From: an uncultured Chloroflexia bacterium
GTDB taxonomy: Bacteria > Chloroflexota > Dehalococcoidia > DSTF01 > JALHUB01
Assembly: GCA_963703345.1 (NCBI GenBank)
Contig: OY969814.1
Span: 2,112,001 to 2,176,000 of the forward strand
Direction: 5' to 3'
Length of the DNA stretch: 64,000 bases
Below the pieces are notes generated by a model. The model made no database searches. It worked only from the letters and a program-made list of their open reading frames with translations, and was not told the DNA's origin. Shown one piece after another: positions 31,996 to 42,271 of this stretch. The translations under genes and the position numbers were made by a program. How positions within the stretch are numbered: the first letter of the stretch is position 1; each line of letters opens with the position of its first letter.

Positions 31996-33423
31996 ATGGA
32001 CGACTTCGCGGCACTCGACGCAACGGCGCAGGCAGAGCTTGTGAGGCGCAAAGAGGTCAAGGCGATCGAGCTCGTCGAGGCGGCGATCGAGCGCATCGAG
32101 CGGCTCAATCCAAAGCTGAACGCCGTCATCACGCCGATGTACGACCTTGCGCGGCAAGCAGCGGCGGGCCCCTTGCCGGAAGGCCCGTTTACCGGCGTCC
32201 CCTTCCTCCTGAAGGACCTGGTCGCCTCCTTCGCCGGCGTTCGCATGGCCTGGGGCTCCGCCTTCCTCAAAGACAACGTGCCCGACCACGACAGCGAGCT
32301 GGTGGCGCGTTACAAGCGGGCAGGCCTGGTCATTTTGGGCAAGACGAACCTACCCGAGTTCGGGATCCTGCCAACGACTGAGCCGCACTTCTTCGGCCTG
32401 ACGCGCAACCCCTGGAACACGAACCACAGCCCGGGCGGTTCGAGCGGCGGGACGGCTGCCGCCGTGGCGTCGGGCATGGTGGCGATGGGCCACGCCGCCG
32501 ATGGCGGCGGCTCCATCCGCATTCCCGCCTCCTGCTGTGGCCTCTTCGGTCTGAAGCCGACGCGCGCGCGCATTCCCCTCAGCCCCGATTTCGGCGACAT
32601 CAGGGGCGGGTTGGACATCGACCACGCGCTCACGCGCTCCGTTCGCGACAGCGCCGCGCTGCTCGATGCGACTTGCGGCCCGGACGTCGGCGACCCGTAC
32701 TGGGCGCCGCCGCCGGCGCGTCCCTACCTTAAGGAAGTCGGCGCCGATCCCGGGAAACTGCGCATCGCCTTCACAACACGGTCCATGACCGGCAGCGCCG
32801 TCGACCCCGATTGTGCCGCCGCCGTCCAGGACGCGGCGAAGCTGTGCGCGGACCTCGGCCACTACGTCGAAGAGAAAGAGCCGGAGATTAACGGCGAGAT
32901 GGTAACGGGTCCATTCATGGTCGTCTGGTCAGCCGGCGTGGCGCAAAACGTCGACGGGACGGCGCTCATCAAGGGTCGCGGCGCCGAGCCCGACGAGTTG
33001 GAGCCGTTGACGCGGGCGCTGGCGGACATGGGAAGGCAGCAGACAGCTCCCAACTATCTGATCTCGTGGACGATCCTGCAGAGGATATCGCGCGACTTCC
33101 AGCGGTTCTTTGTCGGTTACGACGTCGCGCTCACGCCGACGCTGGCGGAGCCGCCGCTGCCTCTCGGTATGCTTGAGTCGCCTCCCGACAACCCGCTGTT
33201 CGGGATCATCCGCGCCGCCTCATACGTTCCCTTCACGCCGATCTGCAACATAACCGGGCAACCGGCGATGTCGGTGCCGCTGTATTGGAACACACAGGGG
33301 TTGCCCATCGGCAGCCACTTCATCGGCCGCTTCGGCGACGAGGGGACGCTGTTCCGGCTGGCAGCGCAGCTCGAGCAGGCGCGGCCGTGGGCGAACTGCC
33401 ACCCGCCGCTGTGGGCGGGCTAG
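31996..33423 (+). CDS. Amidase (amidase signature family)
   Basis: [28 protein letters not shown]. Confidence 0.95.
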   Translation: MDDFAALDATAQAELVRRKEVKAIELVEAAIERIERLNPKLNAVITPMYDLARQAAAGPLPEGPFTGVPFLLKDLVASFAGVRMAWGSAFLKDNVPDHDSELVARYKRAGLVILGKTNLPEFGILPTTEPHFFGLTRNPWNTNHSPGGSSGGTAAAVASGMVAMGHAADGGGSIRIPASCCGLFGLKPTRARIPLSPDFGDIRGGLDIDHALTRSVRDSAALLDATCGPDVGDPYWAPPPARPYLKEVGADPGKLRIAFTTRSMTGSAVDPDCAAAVQDAAKLCADLGHYVEEKEPEINGEMVTGPFMVVWSAGVAQNVDGTALIKGRGAEPDELEPLTRALADMGRQQTAPNYLISWTILQRISRDFQRFFVGYDVALTPTLAEPPLPLGMLESPPDNPLFGIIRAASYVPFTPICNITGQPAMSVPLYWNTQGLPIGSHFIGRFGDEGTLFRLAAQLEQARPWANCHPPLWAG

Positions 33424-33427
33424 TCGG

Positions 33428-34543
33428 TCAGTAGCGCACGCGACGCGCGGCGTGCCCGAGGACCGTTAGCAGCACTCCCGCAACAGCCAACGCTTCCGCC
33501 AGTGTGCCGAGGCCCCTTGTCGTCGCCCCATTGCCTTCGCCGCTGCGTGGAGCCGTTATTGCCTGCGTTCCCGAGCCGTCTGTCGCCGGCGACGCCGCGA
33601 TTCCCGACTCAATACCGGTCGGCGGCACCGACGGAACGAATCCACCCCCGCCCTCGCCTCCTTCCGGACAATCGCCCCAACTCTGCGCCACTTCACGGCC
33701 ATACAACCGCTCTTCGCCATCGACCGTAGCCCGCACAACGAGACCGAAGCTCACGACGCCGCATCCTCCGTAGCCCTGCAGGCCATGCGTCATCTTCAGC
33801 AGGAGCGACTCTCCGGGCGCAAGCGACTTCTTGCCGAACGAGGACAGGTCCCACTGCATCAGAGAGACGTCGGAGAACGCAGCAGCCGGCTTCGGATCGT
33901 CGGCGATCAGGATTCCGTCGGGGAGTCGATCGGTGAGTGTGAGAGCGGTGATGCCGGATTTGCTGCTATTCGTGATCCGTACGTCGAACTCCCCGCTCGT
34001 TCCGTCCGACGCAATCGAAAAGATGGGCTCCGCGATAAGTGGGCCGGCGGGCGGGGCCGCGGCCCCGGGTTCGGCGTCGAGCACTATCGTCTGCGATGTG
34101 ACCATCTCATCGTTCACGAAGACGCCCAGGTCGAATGAGAATTTTCCTTGAGGCATCTTGAACAGGACCGCTGTCTCCATCTCAGATGTCTCGCCGGGTC
34201 CGAGGCCAAAACCGGGATAGCTGGTAGTTGCAGAAGGTACCGGCAAGTAATTGTCGGCGCGGCGGCTCCACATGACGTAGTAGGAGGGAATCGTCCCTTC
34301 GTACCTTTCGACCATCGTATACGCCCCGAATACCCAGGCGCTGCTGTTGTTGGTGACCCGCTGTATGCAATCCACGACAACCCATTCGTCAGGTCGAAAG
34401 GTCGTCGGAGTGCACTTCTCGTCGAGGACGAGCGCGGACGGCGTCGATGGCGTTGGCGTGGGCGGCTGAGCGGCGGCAGGAGTCGCGAACGCGGCGCCTG
34501 CGAGCCAAACAGCGACGGTTGCGATGATGAGGAACAAGCGCAT
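33428..34543 (-). CDS. Secreted protein with C-terminal sorting-signal-like tail
   Basis: Signal peptide ending AAA|Q; Ig-like middle region; VPPTG / APRSG, then a hydrophobic helix and RRVRY. Confidence 0.75.
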   Translation of the reverse strand: MRLFLIIATVAVWLAGAAFATPAAAQPPTPTPSTPSALVLDEKCTPTTFRPDEWVVVDCIQRVTNNSSAWVFGAYTMVERYEGTIPSYYVMWSRRADNYLPVPSATTSYPGFGLGPGETSEMETAVLFKMPQGKFSFDLGVFVNDEMVTSQTIVLDAEPGAAAPPAGPLIAEPIFSIASDGTSGEFDVRITNSSKSGITALTLTDRLPDGILIADDPKPAAAFSDVSLMQWDLSSFGKKSLAPGESLLLKMTHGLQGYGGCGVVSFGLVVRATVDGEERLYGREVAQSWGDCPEGGEGGGGFVPSVPPTGIESGIAASPATDGSGTQAITAPRSGEGNGATTRGLGTLAEALAVAGVLLTVLGHAARRVRY

Positions 34544-34684
34544 GGTCCCACCCCCTGCGGACGAATCGAACTTCTTGATCGGAACAACGCTTGACGGCAG
34601 GAAAGGTTAACGACGGAAGTATTCGTCGTCGATGAGCGACTGGAGGCGAACGAGGACAATCCCCGGACCGGCAGGCGCGAACGC

Positions 34685-36028
34685 TTACTCGAAGATCGTC
34701 TTGCGGGGCGTGGGGGTGGGGCTGGGTATGCTCGTCGGATGAGGCGTGGCCGTGGGCCTGCGCGTAGGTCCAGTGCTCGGCGTATCTGCCGTCGTAGGGA
34801 TTGGAGCCGCCGTCGGCGCGGTAGTTGGAGAGACACGCGGATGTTGTGTCGCCGGTGACACCGGGGTTATCGTCGGCGGCTCTGCCGTTGGCGACTCGGT
34901 TGCGATCCTGGTGACCGTCACCGACGCCGTCGGCCCGACGGTACGCGTCGCTGTCGGCGGGCGCTTCGTCGCGGTCGCAAAGGTCGACGAAACGGAGGGA
35001 GAGCTGGGGCCGGAAAACGAAATGGAGAACACGGCGATGACGGGCATCATCGCCAGCAGCACGACGGCGCAGAGGACGAGGAACAGGTCTCTCCCGCCGA
35101 ACGACTGCCCGGAGCCGCGGCCGGCCGTATCGACTCTTCGCGTCAGCGCGGAAAGGCTCTTACTCAGTCCGGCCTTCCTGACGGGGCGACGCCCCGGCTG
35201 CGCCCATTGTGTCTCCAGGTTCTTCCAAATGCGCTCCTTCAAACCGGCCGGAGGCGGAACGGCCGCAAACGCGCCGAACACGGCCAGCGGCGCGAGGACA
35301 GAGCGACGCGTCTGCTCGCAGACGGCGCAGCTTTCGACATGGCGCTCGACGGTGCGGCACATCTCCAGCGTGAGAGGCGGGATGGAGAACCGGCCAACGA
35401 TTCGCCGCAGCGTCGGGCAGCTTCCGGCGCCGCGTCGCATGAGCAGGTAGGCCCCAATCACCTCTTCGACGGAGCGCATCATGCGACTGAGCATGGTGTA
35501 GGCGTTGCCCTTGCTCACGCCCAGCACCTCCGCGATCTCGGCGCTCTCCAGCCCCTGACGGACGTGCAGGTCGAGCACGGCGTAAGTGCGACGGTCCAGG
35601 CTTGTGGCTGCTTGCCAGACGAGTCGTGCCGTCTCCTGCATCTCCAGCGCCTGCTCCGGATCGGCCAGACGATCCGCGTCCACCTGCTGCAGTAGCGCGT
35701 CCGACTCCTCGCCGTCCGCTCCCTGGGAAACGGATGGCGAGAGGAAATGCCTCTGACCCGCGATGCGGTTCAGGGCCTGGTTGTGGGCTATGGAGAAGAG
35801 CCAGCTCTTGAAGGCGGCGGGCTTGGCGAGCGCGGAGAGGTTCTGCATGGCACGTAGAAACGTCTCTTGCGTTACGTCGGCCGCGTCTTCGGCGCTGCGA
35901 AGGGTGCGATGGAGGAAGTCGTAGACGGGCGGGAAGTAGCGATCGTACAGCTCGCCGAAAGCCGCGCTCTCGCCGCTGAGGGCGCGAGTAACGAGCTCGC
36001 CGTCGCCTGAGACTGGAGTCGCCGTCAT
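34685..36028 (-). CDS. ECF sigma factor fused to zinc-binding anti-sigma domain, TM helix and Pro/Thr tail
   Basis: AFGELYDRY, DAADVTQETF, FKSWLFSIAHN, EIAEVLGVS; C...HVESCAVC (Hx3Cx2C); TM; PT-rich C-terminus. Confidence 0.88.
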   Translation of the reverse strand: MTATPVSGDGELVTRALSGESAAFGELYDRYFPPVYDFLHRTLRSAEDAADVTQETFLRAMQNLSALAKPAAFKSWLFSIAHNQALNRIAGQRHFLSPSVSQGADGEESDALLQQVDADRLADPEQALEMQETARLVWQAATSLDRRTYAVLDLHVRQGLESAEIAEVLGVSKGNAYTMLSRMMRSVEEVIGAYLLMRRGAGSCPTLRRIVGRFSIPPLTLEMCRTVERHVESCAVCEQTRRSVLAPLAVFGAFAAVPPPAGLKERIWKNLETQWAQPGRRPVRKAGLSKSLSALTRRVDTAGRGSGQSFGGRDLFLVLCAVVLLAMMPVIAVFSISFSGPSSPSVSSTFATATKRPPTATRTVGPTASVTVTRIATESPTAEPPTITPVSPATQHPRVSPTTAPTAAPIPTTADTPSTGPTRRPTATPHPTSIPSPTPTPRKTIFE

Positions 36029-36191
36029 AGCGGTACCGAATGCGGACCCCTGTGTTCAGCAAGTCTAACATTATCAGCGGTCCTTCGCTAGTTAGACAGC
36101 CGGAGGCGTCAATTCTTACATGCCGGAAATGCGAGAAGGGAGGCGAGTCAAAGGAGCGGCGTCGAATGGAGAAACGACGCGAATAGCCTGG

Positions 36192-36234
36192 GCCCGCCGG
36201 TCAAAGAGCCTCAGCCCCTCGACCGGCGGGCTTT
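36192..36234. terminator. GC-rich hairpin downstream of the CAP gene
   Basis: GCCCGCCGGTC...GACCGGCGGGC followed by TTT. Confidence 0.45.
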
Positions 36235-36274
36235 AATCGCCGAATCCCGCGGCATGCACATCCAACCCGCGCTG

Positions 36275-36802
36275 CTAGCAGCCCGGCGCCCGCCCCTCAA
36301 ACACCGCCACGTAGTAGATCCGCCCGTCGGCCGCCGTTGCCACGCCTGTTCCCATGCGCGTGAAGCAGCGATTGGTGATGACGTTGAAATGCAGGGGACT
36401 ATCGAGCCACATGCGTATGGTCTCGTTCACGGTGTCCGTGAACGAGAAGTCGTTCCAGGCGATCACCTCGCCGCTCCAGGCCGCGGTCACGTTGTTCTTG
36501 ACGAAGAGACAACGGAAATCGCAGCCGTCGGGCGGCGAGTGGCTGAAGTAGTTCTTGGTCGCCATGTCCTCCGCCCTGGCGCGGGCGACGGCGGACAGGC
36601 TCGCGTCGGCCGTGAGCGGCGGCAGGCCGTTGTCGGCTCGCATCCCGTTCAGCCCGAGGCCGAGGTTCGTCTCCATCACCTGCTGGGGCGTACAAGCAGC
36701 GGCGGTCACAAGCAGGGCAGCGCCGAGGGCAACGGCCGCCCCGAACCGCAAGAGACGGGGCCTTCCGGCGGCGGCGCGTGTTGCCAGACGAATGATAGAC
36801 AT
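36275..36802 (-). CDS. CAP/SCP domain (lipo)protein
   Basis: Lipobox-like TAAC; N.MRADNGLPPL, DMATKNYFSH, WLDSPLH..NVI, GTGVA. Confidence 0.85.
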   Translation of the reverse strand: MSIIRLATRAAAGRPRLLRFGAAVALGAALLVTAAACTPQQVMETNLGLGLNGMRADNGLPPLTADASLSAVARARAEDMATKNYFSHSPPDGCDFRCLFVKNNVTAAWSGEVIAWNDFSFTDTVNETIRMWLDSPLHFNVITNRCFTRMGTGVATAADGRIYYVAVFEGRAPGC

Positions 36803-36982
36803 CGCTCCACCCTTCTCAACCAGTTCAACCCATACCACGACATAATCGACACAAGCGCCGCAATCCGAACGCGTCGGAGATTCGGCGCGACCCCGCGAGG
36901 AATTGACGGCAGGGGCAGGCCGCGACTAGCATTCGAACCGGACTTCAGCAGAGCCGCGGCGAGCGCGGAAGGAGGAGCGGAG

Positions 36983-37744
36983 ATGGAACTGGCGGGAAAG
37001 ACGGCAATCGTTACCGGTTCGGCGGTAGGCGTGGGACGGGAGACGGCGCTGGCGCTGGCGAGACGCGGCGCCAATGTCGTCGTCAACTACTCGCGTTCGG
37101 AGACGGAGGCGCGGCAGACGCTCGCCGACGTCGAGGCGCTGGGGGCGGGCGCGCTGCTGGTCCGGGCCGACGTTTCGCAGGACGGCGAGGTGCACGAAAA
37201 CGTGGCACAGACGGTCGAGCGTTTCGGCGGCCTCGACGTGCTGGTCAACAACGCCGGCATAACCTATTTCGTGGACTTCAAGGACCTGGAGGGCGTGACG
37301 GAGGCGATGTGGGATCGCATTCTGGCGGTGAACGTCAAGGGCGTCTTCTTCTGCTCCCGCGCCGTCGTGCCGCAGATGCAGCGGCGGGGCGCGGGCTGCA
37401 TCGTCAACATAGCGTCGGTAGCGGGGATTGCCGCAGCCGGCAGCTCGATCGCCTATTGCGCCTCGAAGGCGGCGGTCATCAACCTTACGATGGCATTCGC
37501 GAGGACGTGCGGGCCGGAGATCCGAGTGAACTGCGTCGCGCCGGGCTTCGTCGATACGCGCTGGCACGAAGCGCGGCCCGGCGATACGCAGCCGTACCGC
37601 AACGCCGTCGCAGCGATGACGCCTCTGAAGCGGGTCTGCAAGCCGGAGGACGTGGCGCAGGCGGTGCTCAGCCTCGTCGAGGGGGCGGACATGGTGACGG
37701 GTCAGACGCTGGTCGTGGACGGCGGCATGGTCATGCACCTGTGA
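36983..37744 (+). CDS. Short-chain dehydrogenase/reductase
   Basis: RBS GGAGG; TGSAVGVG, NNAG, YCASK. Confidence 0.92.
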   Translation: MELAGKTAIVTGSAVGVGRETALALARRGANVVVNYSRSETEARQTLADVEALGAGALLVRADVSQDGEVHENVAQTVERFGGLDVLVNNAGITYFVDFKDLEGVTEAMWDRILAVNVKGVFFCSRAVVPQMQRRGAGCIVNIASVAGIAAAGSSIAYCASKAAVINLTMAFARTCGPEIRVNCVAPGFVDTRWHEARPGDTQPYRNAVAAMTPLKRVCKPEDVAQAVLSLVEGADMVTGQTLVVDGGMVMHL

Positions 37745-37897
37745 CGGCGACGCCGGAACGCGTGCCCCGCCTGTGCGAGTGGTTGACAAGCGGTGGTATA
37801 CTGGCGTCGCTGGTGGTATTCCGTTAGTGGCTGCGCCCGTTCATTCCCCGTCGCCGACCCGACGGACCATCTCGCGCGCGACCTTCGGGAGGCATTC

Positions 37898-38053
37898 GTG
37901 ACGAAGGGCCTGCTTGTACCATTTGCCGCCGTGATCGCGTCGAGTCGCAGCCACTGGGACGCGAAGGACATTATCATCGTCGTCGCGGCGATTGGATTCG
38001 TTGTGCTGCTTGTCGCGGGGGCGTTCATGGTGAAGCGGCGGGGAGAAAGCTAG
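37898..38053 (+). CDS. Small single-TM membrane protein (51 aa)
   Basis: RBS GGGAGG before GTG; TM IIIVVAAIGFVVLLVAGAFMV followed by KRR. Confidence 0.55.
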   Translation: MTKGLLVPFAAVIASSRSHWDAKDIIIVVAAIGFVVLLVAGAFMVKRRGES

Positions 38054-38263
38054 CAGCGAGCATCAATTCGGGGTGTTCGCCTCGATGCCGCCCGACAGGG
38101 CAGTCACAGGGGGAGCGAGGCGAGTTTGGCTGGAGCGGTCCGGTTTCCGGCGGCCTCACGGACGCGGCAACCAACGGACTGCTCCAGCAAGTTGTCCCGC
38201 AAATTGTCGCCATTCCTTCTCCTCCTCCAGGGTCGATCCCTCACTAGCGATCGCAGAGAGAAC

Positions 38264-38287
38264 GGCCGCTCGCCAACCCGAGCGGCC
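38264..38287 (+). repeat. REP-like palindrome family A, copy 1
   Basis: GGCCGCTCGCCAACCCGAGCGGCC; 23/24 identical to the copy at 49904. Confidence 0.8.
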
Positions 38288-38410
38288 CCGTGATGGCTCA
38301 ACAAACTCCCACTGATTCGCCCAAAGTCATTTAGGGATCGATGACGCCGCGTCGACCCGGCTGAGCGACGGTCGTTTCTGGGCACGGCGACGGTTAAGCT
38401 GCAAGCGGGA

Positions 38411-38434
38411 GGCCGCTCGGGTTGCCGAGCGGCC
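38411..38434 (-). repeat. REP-like palindrome family A, copy 2 (inverted)
   Basis: Reverse complement is GGCCGCTCGGCAACCCGAGCGGCC, identical to the copy at 49904. Confidence 0.8.
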
Positions 38435-38584
38435 CGGAGATGGCACGCCAAACGCCCCAGCTCAGCAATCACCGGACATCACGCCTGTTGGTCTCCTGCC
38501 ATCAAGGGGGTAGCGCGCGTAGGCCCGAATTACTGTATATTTGGTGACTAGAAAGTGTCTTTTTCGCGTCCGGAGAAGGCAGTT

Positions 38585-39367
38585 ATGTCAACAGCAAACG
38601 GCGCCTTGCTCAGTGTCGATGCCGTCACCAAAAGCTTCGAGGGCCTGCGGGCCGTCGCCGAGTGCTCGCTCGACGTCAAGCGCGGCACCATTACCGGCCT
38701 CATCGGCCCGAACGGCGCCGGCAAGACCACGCTGTTCAACATAGTCACCGGCTTTCTCAAGCCCACGTCCGGTCGCATCGTCTTCAACAACGGCCGCATC
38801 GACGGCCTGCCGCCGCACAAGGTGTTCGCGAGAGGCATCGTCCGCACGTTCCAAATCCCGCGCGAGCTGAAGCAGATGACCGTGGTCGAGAACCTCATGC
38901 TGGTCCCGGCCGGCCAGGCGGGCGAAAGGCTGTGGAATCCCTGGTTGCTGCCCTTCCGCGTCCGTCGCCAGGAGCGAGAGATCCGCGACAAAGCGCTGGA
39001 GGTGCTGGAGTTCGTCAATCTGTGGCACCTGCGCAACGAATACGCCTCCAACCTGTCGTCGGGACAGAAGAAGTTGCTGGAGCTGGCGCGGACCCTCATG
39101 TGCGACCCGCAGCTCATTCTTCTCGACGAGCCCGGCGCCGGCGTCAACCCGACGCTGATGAAGAGCCTGGCGCTGCTCATCGAACGGCTGCGCGACGAGT
39201 CGGGAATAACGTTCTTCCTCATCGAGCATGACATGGACCTCGTAGCGCGACTCTGCAATCCGGTCATCGTGATGAGCAGCGGCGAGAAGATCGCCGAGGG
39301 GACGCCGGAAGAGGTGGTGCGCGACGAGCGGGTGCTGGAAGCGTACCTGGGAGGGCAGTACCGGTGA
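38585..39367 (+). CDS. livG: Branched-chain amino acid-type ABC ATPase
   Basis: GPNGAGKT, VRTFQ, LDEPGAG, IEHDM, C-terminal V.EAYLG. Confidence 0.88.
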   Translation: MSTANGALLSVDAVTKSFEGLRAVAECSLDVKRGTITGLIGPNGAGKTTLFNIVTGFLKPTSGRIVFNNGRIDGLPPHKVFARGIVRTFQIPRELKQMTVVENLMLVPAGQAGERLWNPWLLPFRVRRQEREIRDKALEVLEFVNLWHLRNEYASNLSSGQKKLLELARTLMCDPQLILLDEPGAGVNPTLMKSLALLIERLRDESGITFFLIEHDMDLVARLCNPVIVMSSGEKIAEGTPEEVVRDERVLEAYLGGQYR

Positions 39368-40071
39368 GCGTCATCCTCGAGGCCGACGGCATCGTCAGCG
39401 GCTACGGCGAAGTGGACATTCTCCACGGCGTGTCGCTGCTGGTCGATGAGGGCGAGATCGTCTCCGTCATCGGGCCGAACGGCGCCGGCAAGTCAACGCT
39501 GCTGAAGGCGTGCTTCGGCCTTCTGAAGCTGCGCAAGGGCAAGCTGCTCCTGAACGGTGAAGATGCGACCGGCCTGCCGGCCCAGAAGATGGTGCGAAAG
39601 GGCGTCTCCTACGTGCCGCAGAGCGAAAACGTCTTTCCCTCCCTGACCATCGTCGAGAACCTCCAGATGGGCGCGTTCATCGCCAAAGACGGCTACAAAC
39701 GCCGGCTGGACGAGATCTACGGCTTGTTCCCGGCCCTCGCTGAAAGGCCGCACGTAAAGGCGGGCAAGCTCTCCGGCGGTCAGCGGCAGATGCTCGCCCT
39801 GGCCCGGGCCCTGATGCTCCAGCCGCGCCTTCTGCTGCTGGACGAGCCGACCGCAAGCCTCTCGCCGCGCATGGTCGGCGACATCCTGGAGAAGATCCGC
39901 GACATCAACCAGAAAGGCGTGGCGATCCTGATCGTCGAGCAGAACGCGCGGGAAGCGCTGGCTCTTTGCCATCGGGGTTACGTGCTGGTGATGGGCAAGA
40001 ACGCAATGGAGGATACCGGCCAGAACCTCCTCAACAGCGAAGAGGTCGGAAGGCTCTATCTCGGTGGGTAG
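39364..40071 (+). CDS. livF: Branched-chain amino acid-type ABC ATPase
   Basis: GPNGAGKST, LSGGQRQM, VEQNA, YLGG. Confidence 0.88.
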   Translation: MSVILEADGIVSGYGEVDILHGVSLLVDEGEIVSVIGPNGAGKSTLLKACFGLLKLRKGKLLLNGEDATGLPAQKMVRKGVSYVPQSENVFPSLTIVENLQMGAFIAKDGYKRRLDEIYGLFPALAERPHVKAGKLSGGQRQMLALARALMLQPRLLLLDEPTASLSPRMVGDILEKIRDINQKGVAILIVEQNAREALALCHRGYVLVMGKNAMEDTGQNLLNSEEVGRLYLGG

Positions 40072-40080
40072 GAGCGGTAG

Positions 40081-40968
40081 ATGGCAGAGCTAGTCGTCAT
40101 TGGCCTTATCGTGGGAAGCATAATCGCGCTGGGGTCGATTGGCCTGACGCTGGTGTACGGCATCCTCAAGTTCGCCAACTTCGCTCACGGCGACCTCATG
40201 ACCCTGGGCGCGTACATCGCCTTCCTGGCCTTCAGAAGCGGCGGCCACCTTGGCCCCCTCTCCTTTGGCATCGGGATGATCTGGGCGATCCTGGCGGCGA
40301 TGGCGGCCGTCGCGGTGCTGTGTGTGGTCATCGACCGCCTCGTCTACCGGCCGCTGCGACGGAGAAACGCCAACCTCGTCATCCTGGCGATGGCTTCGCT
40401 GGGAATGGCGATCATCGTGCGAAGCGTGGTCTACCTTCGCTGGGGCCCCGACACGCACTTCTACGTGACGGGCATCCAGCGGGCGCACAACCTCCCTCTC
40501 GGAACCATGCTGAAGCCGGACCAGATGTTCATTGGCGTCGTTGCCGTCCTCTCCGTCGTGCTCGTATACCTGCTGCTTTATCGCACGAAGCTCGGCAGGG
40601 CGATGCGCGCGACCGCCGACAACATGGACCTGGCGCGCGTATCCGGCATCGACACCGAGCAGGTGGTGGTCTGGACATGGATGATCGGCGGATCGCTTGC
40701 CGCGCTCGCCGGCGTGCTGCTGGGCATTCAGTCGCACCTCATGCCGGAGATGGGGTTCGACTTCCTGTTGCCGCTGTTCTCCGCCGCCATTCTGGGAGGC
40801 GTGGGCAGCCCGCACGGAGCCCTTGTCGGCGCGTTCACCGTCGGCATCTCGCAGGAGCTTTCGACGGAGTGGATTTCGCCGGCCTACAAGCCGGTGATTG
40901 CCTTCGTGCTCCTCTTCGCCATCCTGCTCGTGCGCCCGCAGGGGATTTTCGGAGCGAAGAAGCAGTGA
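40081..40968 (+). CDS. livH: Branched-chain amino acid-type ABC permease
   Basis: GLTLVYGILKFANFAHG, TKLGRAMRA, AAILGGVGS. Confidence 0.88.
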   Translation: MAELVVIGLIVGSIIALGSIGLTLVYGILKFANFAHGDLMTLGAYIAFLAFRSGGHLGPLSFGIGMIWAILAAMAAVAVLCVVIDRLVYRPLRRRNANLVILAMASLGMAIIVRSVVYLRWGPDTHFYVTGIQRAHNLPLGTMLKPDQMFIGVVAVLSVVLVYLLLYRTKLGRAMRATADNMDLARVSGIDTEQVVVWTWMIGGSLAALAGVLLGIQSHLMPEMGFDFLLPLFSAAILGGVGSPHGALVGAFTVGISQELSTEWISPAYKPVIAFVLLFAILLVRPQGIFGAKKQ

Positions 40969-42002
40969 TAACAAGTCTCTTCAGTGATCTAGTCAATCCA
41001 TCGTACATGGCCGGCTTCCTGACGCTGGTGGTGATCTACGGCGTGTTCGCTGTTGGCCTGAACGTGCACTGGGGCTACACCGGCATATTCAACTTCGGTG
41101 TGGCGGCCTTCTTTGCCGTCGGCGCCTACACAACAGCAGTCCTGACGAAGCAATCTGCCAGCGGCGCCTACCAGACCTACATCGGCGGCTATCATTTGCC
41201 GTTCGTCGTCGGTCTTCTGGGCGCGGGCTCTGTCTGTGCGATCCTGGCATTCATCGTCGGCATCCCCACATTGCGATTGCGCGAAGACTACCTCGCCATC
41301 GCCACCATCGGGGTCGCGGAATCGCTCCGTCACGTCTTCGTCAACGAAGGGTGGCTGGTCAACGGGACACGCGGCATGATCGGCATTCCGCAGCCGCTGC
41401 ACAATCTGGTCGACACGACCGACTACAGGTACGTCTACCTCACCATTGCGGCAATTGTCCTGCTCATCGTCTACGTTGCCGTGGAGCGGGGGATCCGCTC
41501 GCCGTGGGGCCGCGTCCTGCGGGCGATCCGCGAGGACGAGATGACGGCGGCGGCGAGCGGCAAGAACATCTTCGCTTTCAAGATGCAGGCGTTCATGCTG
41601 GGCGCCTTCATCATGGGCGTCGGCGGCGCCCTTTACGCGCACTACGTGCGGGCGATAACACCGGACACTTTCGTGCCGATGTTTGGGACGTTCCTTATCT
41701 GGGTGATGCTTATCGTCGGCGGCAGCGGCAACAACAAGGGCGCCATTCTGGGAGCCCTGGTCGTCTGGCTGATCTGGGACCGTACGGGCGCGCTCGTCAG
41801 CAACTCGCAGGACCCGCGCATCTTCTATGTGCGAAACCTGCTGATCGGCGTGCTGGTCGTCGGCGTGCTGCTTCTTCGGCCCAAGGGCATCCTCGGCGAA
41901 GAGAAGCGGGTTTCGGTGTACGCGGGCAAGGAGAAGGAGAGGCCGCGGAAGGCCGAAGAGGCGTCGGAGATAGCAGCGGAGGACGCGGGCGACGGCGGCT
42001 AG
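40965..42002 (+). CDS. livM: Branched-chain amino acid-type ABC permease
   Basis: GTG start overlapping the livH stop; GLNVHWGYTG, LRLREDYLAIAT, SPWGRVLRAIREDE, RPKGILG. Confidence 0.88.
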   Translation: MITSLFSDLVNPSYMAGFLTLVVIYGVFAVGLNVHWGYTGIFNFGVAAFFAVGAYTTAVLTKQSASGAYQTYIGGYHLPFVVGLLGAGSVCAILAFIVGIPTLRLREDYLAIATIGVAESLRHVFVNEGWLVNGTRGMIGIPQPLHNLVDTTDYRYVYLTIAAIVLLIVYVAVERGIRSPWGRVLRAIREDEMTAAASGKNIFAFKMQAFMLGAFIMGVGGALYAHYVRAITPDTFVPMFGTFLIWVMLIVGGSGNNKGAILGALVVWLIWDRTGALVSNSQDPRIFYVRNLLIGVLVVGVLLLRPKGILGEEKRVSVYAGKEKERPRKAEEASEIAAEDAGDGG

Positions 42003-42049
42003 CGAAGTCCCAGGCTCGTGCTGGTCCCGGAGCGACCAGATGGACAATT

Positions 42050-42120
42050 CTGCGGGATGAATCCCGCAGCTTCCTCGCGTGGAACGTCGATTGATGAAGG
42101 CTGAGGGTTTCAACCCTCAG
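42050..42120. repeat. Inverted pair of REP-like palindromes, family B
   Basis: CTGCGGGATGAATCCCGCAG (42050-42069) and the reverse complement CTGAGGGTTGAAACCCTCAG (42101-42120). Confidence 0.6.
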
Positions 42121-42216
42121 ATGGTTGTTCCTCCCCACCCGTCGATCAATACGAAATGAGAAGAAGGTATCATCACTTCGACGCCGTCACCGGTGTCTCC
42201 CCGCTGGAGGATAGAA

Positions 42217-42247
42217 CACGGCCCGAGGAGTTCTTCCCCGGGCCGTG
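42217..42247 (-). terminator. Hairpin downstream of the ABC substrate-binding protein gene
   Basis: CACGGCCCG...CGGGCCGTG, 25 nt after the stop. Confidence 0.55.
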
Positions 42248-42271
42248 CCTCGCTCTCTTGGAAGAGGGCTT

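Noticed and set aside
36254-36982. N-terminal extensions of track ORFs (SDR 496 aa, livM 678 aa, ADH 476 aa, HD-GYP 406 aa, tadE 247 aa)
   Set aside because: They overlap other genes; internal starts with an RBS match the expected family lengths
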